A DNA stretch of 64,000 nucleotides, from contig NC_083433.1 of assembly GCF_020745735.1 (NCBI RefSeq), positions 22,889,363 through 22,953,362 of the forward strand, in the 5' to 3' direction. The stretch comes from Hemiscyllium ocellatum. Its lineage: Eukaryota. The notes beneath the pieces were generated by a model. It saw only the letters and a list, made by a program, of their open reading frames with translations. It did no database searches and had not been told where the DNA came from. The translations under genes and the position numbers were made by a program. Shown here in pieces: positions 61,568-64,000 of the stretch (its first letter is position 1; every line of letters starts with the position of its first letter).

Positions 61568-63150
61568 ATGGGACAGTTCATGGATAAATGTGAGGATCCA
61601 GGATCATTAATTGTAATAGTCTGCGCAGAATATCCTGAGGATGCGCAGTCACTCAGGAAATTGTCAGGATGGCTAACAGAAAAATTGGGACCTGATGAAT
61701 GGCCTGCAGGGGGTACGTGGAAATTGGAGATTGTAAAGAGAGCTACGGAGTTAGTATGGAAAAAGGGAACGGGGGAAAGAAGGGTAAGAAAATTATGGCT
61801 AAACTAAGAGATGCATGCTTAAAAAAGAAAGAGGAAGCTAAACAACAACATGAGCAGAAGGTTTACAACAGTTGGTTACATAATGCTACAAAAAGGGGGC
61901 TAAGTGTCACTAAGGATGGGCTTCCTTTGACCCTCCATGAGCTCAAGGTTGCATGTGCAGATTTTGATGAAAATATTAATAAGAACAAACGGTTGGCCAA
62001 CCAAGCGGTGGAGACGGCATTGTCAGACCTGAGGCTGGGTGCAGAATGGGAGGATAAGGGAATTAGTTCTAGGAATGTGGAATCCCCTCCCCAACCCCCT
62101 CCATCGGGTACAATACCCCAGGAGGCACGTAGTGAAAGGAGTTTTACCCCAAGCACAGGAAAAAAAGGATATCGGCCTCCACCACAGTGTGAACCCGAAC
62201 GGCAATTGCCCTACCCTTGAACAGAGGAGGCTGACGATGACAGTTCAGAGATAGAAGAACCCTCAGGCCACATGTTCCCTATGCGTACTGTTCCCAACCC
62301 TCAAGGGGGACGGGTAAGAGTCCCCGGCCAGCCACGCACTAACCCTCCTGTCGCTGCGATTCTTTACCCCCCTACCATAGAAATTTTTACGCCATGGAAA
62401 CCGCAGGAAATTTTGGCACTGACTATGAATCTCCCTGACAAAGATAAGGACCCACAAAAATGGTGTGAATCAGTTGAAAGTATTTGGCAGGCTTACGGGG
62501 CAGTGGGAGAAGATATCTGGAACTTTTTGAGGGTTGTGTTTATTGGCTCTAAGTGGACAAAATTTTTGGAAATATTAAATATGCCCCCTGGTGCCAACAG
62601 TTGGACTGCCTTTACAGCACAACACCCGAATCAACAACAACAGGAGCAGGAAATTAAAGAAGCAACACGGCAGGTCCTCAGAAAACCGGTTGACTTAGCA
62701 AAAATCATTGATTTAAAACCAAAAAAGGGGGAGGGTGCTGAGGAATACCTACAGAGGTTTAATGAAACTTATGGCACATATTCTGGGGACCCTCTTTTCC
62801 CTTTGGGAGCGGGGGCTGTCTCACAACAGTATAATAGTCTCTTGATGAACACTTTGCCTAAACCTACACAAGATAGATGGAAAACTAACAACTTAAATTG
62901 GATCAATTCCTCACAGGGTGATACAGCTAGGGCAATTAAAGCATTATGGGGCGAGGGTGACGGTCCTAAGGCCGAAAAAACCTATTAAATCTGAATTTGT
63001 TGTACGGGAAAGTGATCAAAATACCATGGCCCCCTTGCGGCAACCTCCCACCCCTCCCCAGCAGACACAGCAGCAAGGGCTGTGGAGATTATCCGGTCCC
63101 CAGCTGCAGTCTGACAATAGAGGCTATCAGCTGGAACCGGATTTTTATGT
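61568..63150 (+). pseudogene. gag: ERV gag (disrupted)
   Basis: MGQ myristoylation-type start, WPxxGT matrix motif, proline-rich segment, capsid MFPMRTVPNP..TPWKPQEI..LPD. Frameshift near 61770, in-frame TGA at 62218-62220, frameshift near 62980. Confidence 0.85.
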
Positions 63151-64000
63151 CCCAGGTTGGAAATCTTCCTTTTAGGGAACCCCTTGTTGACTTTCAAATA
63201 TTGCGCAAGTATTAACCCGGCAACTTTTCTGTCTGACATCCCTGCTGAGAGTCCTGTCCCCGTTCACGATTGCACCCACAAAATCATGCGAGACACTAGG
63301 CCCAGATTTGACTTGACTGACCGCCCCCTTCCACACCCCGATGTCACTTTGTTCGTGGATGGTAGCTCCTCTGTAAACAAGAATGAAGAAAGGGTGGCTG
63401 GATATGGTATAGTGGATGCGGGGGGTAGGATTGTGGAGCAGCATCGCCTCCTACCCGCAGTATCCGCTCAGAAAGCTGAATTAATTGCATTAACTAGGGC
63501 ATGGGAGCTAGCCTCCGGACTTACAGCTAATATTTATACTGACTCTAGATATGCTTTCGGGGTTGCCCATGATTTTGGGACACTATGGGAAAATCGAGGC
63601 TTCCTCACCACGTCTGGGACCCCTATCGTACACAGGGAGGAAGTCATTAATTTGTTACAGGCCATTCAAAGTCCTCGCGAATTGGCCATTATTAAATGTT
63701 CCGCGCACTCTGCCGGAACGGATCCGGTTTCTATGGGAAACAAACAGGCAGATGAAGTTGCTAAACAGGCTACGGAGTTCCCTGGCTCCTTTATGATGGT
63801 TCAGAGGAAATCTATTAGGGCCTCAGTTCCTGACAAGCTGCCTCCCTCCACCGCTGATATTGTTGCTTTACAGGGGGATGCCCCTGACAATGTACTTCAT
63901 GAATGGACTGATCTGGGATGTTTCAAGGATGTTGACGGTCTTTGGAAAACCCCAGCAGGCCAGGTGTGTATGACTGATGTTTTAGCCGTCTGGGTGGTTG
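63151..64000 (+). pseudogene. pol: ERV pol remnant: connection plus RNase H, running off the window toward integrase (class I, gamma/epsilon-like)
   Basis: Frame open from 63121: INPATFL, HDC, LFVDGSS, SAQKAELIALTRA, NIYTDSRYAFGVAHDFG, GNKQADEVAK. Absent from the ORF track because it has no stop within the window. Confidence 0.9.

Noticed and set aside
62218-62220. In-frame TGA as a programmed gag readthrough codon
   Set aside because: It lies upstream of capsid, not at the gag-pol boundary. A CGA-to-TGA decay mutation is the simpler explanation, and gag has other lesions.

Overview
Vertebrate genomic DNA, almost certainly a shark: it carries HE1/V-SINEs, CR1 (HER1-type) LINEs and Penelope-derived palindromic repeats. 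There are two convergent spliced genes. The + strand has the last three coding exons of ST13/Hip (2160-6238). The - strand has a complete 7-exon, 364-aa TFAP4 (AP-4) family bHLH-LZ gene (43523-11174). Its ST13-adjacent position and divergence suggest it is a WGD paralogue rather than canonical TFAP4, yet it has three MYC-type CACGTG boxes at the start of intron 1. Most remaining sequence is transposon-derived: many SINEs and CR1 fragments; one CR1 with an uninterrupted 915-aa ORF2; Rex1, Tx1 and Tigger-like relics; several solo LTRs with 4-bp TSDs; a decayed copia-type internal region; and, at the right end, a class I endogenous retrovirus (LTR, tRNA-Leu PBS, broken gag) that jumps from gag directly to RNase H. 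Two Penelope-derived repeat families carry minimal hammerhead ribozyme cores. One intact core lies sense in intron 1 of the TFAP4-like gene, inside a 323-bp palindrome that appears to have been extended by template switching. Repeat boundaries without TSDs are approximate; all calls were made by eye.
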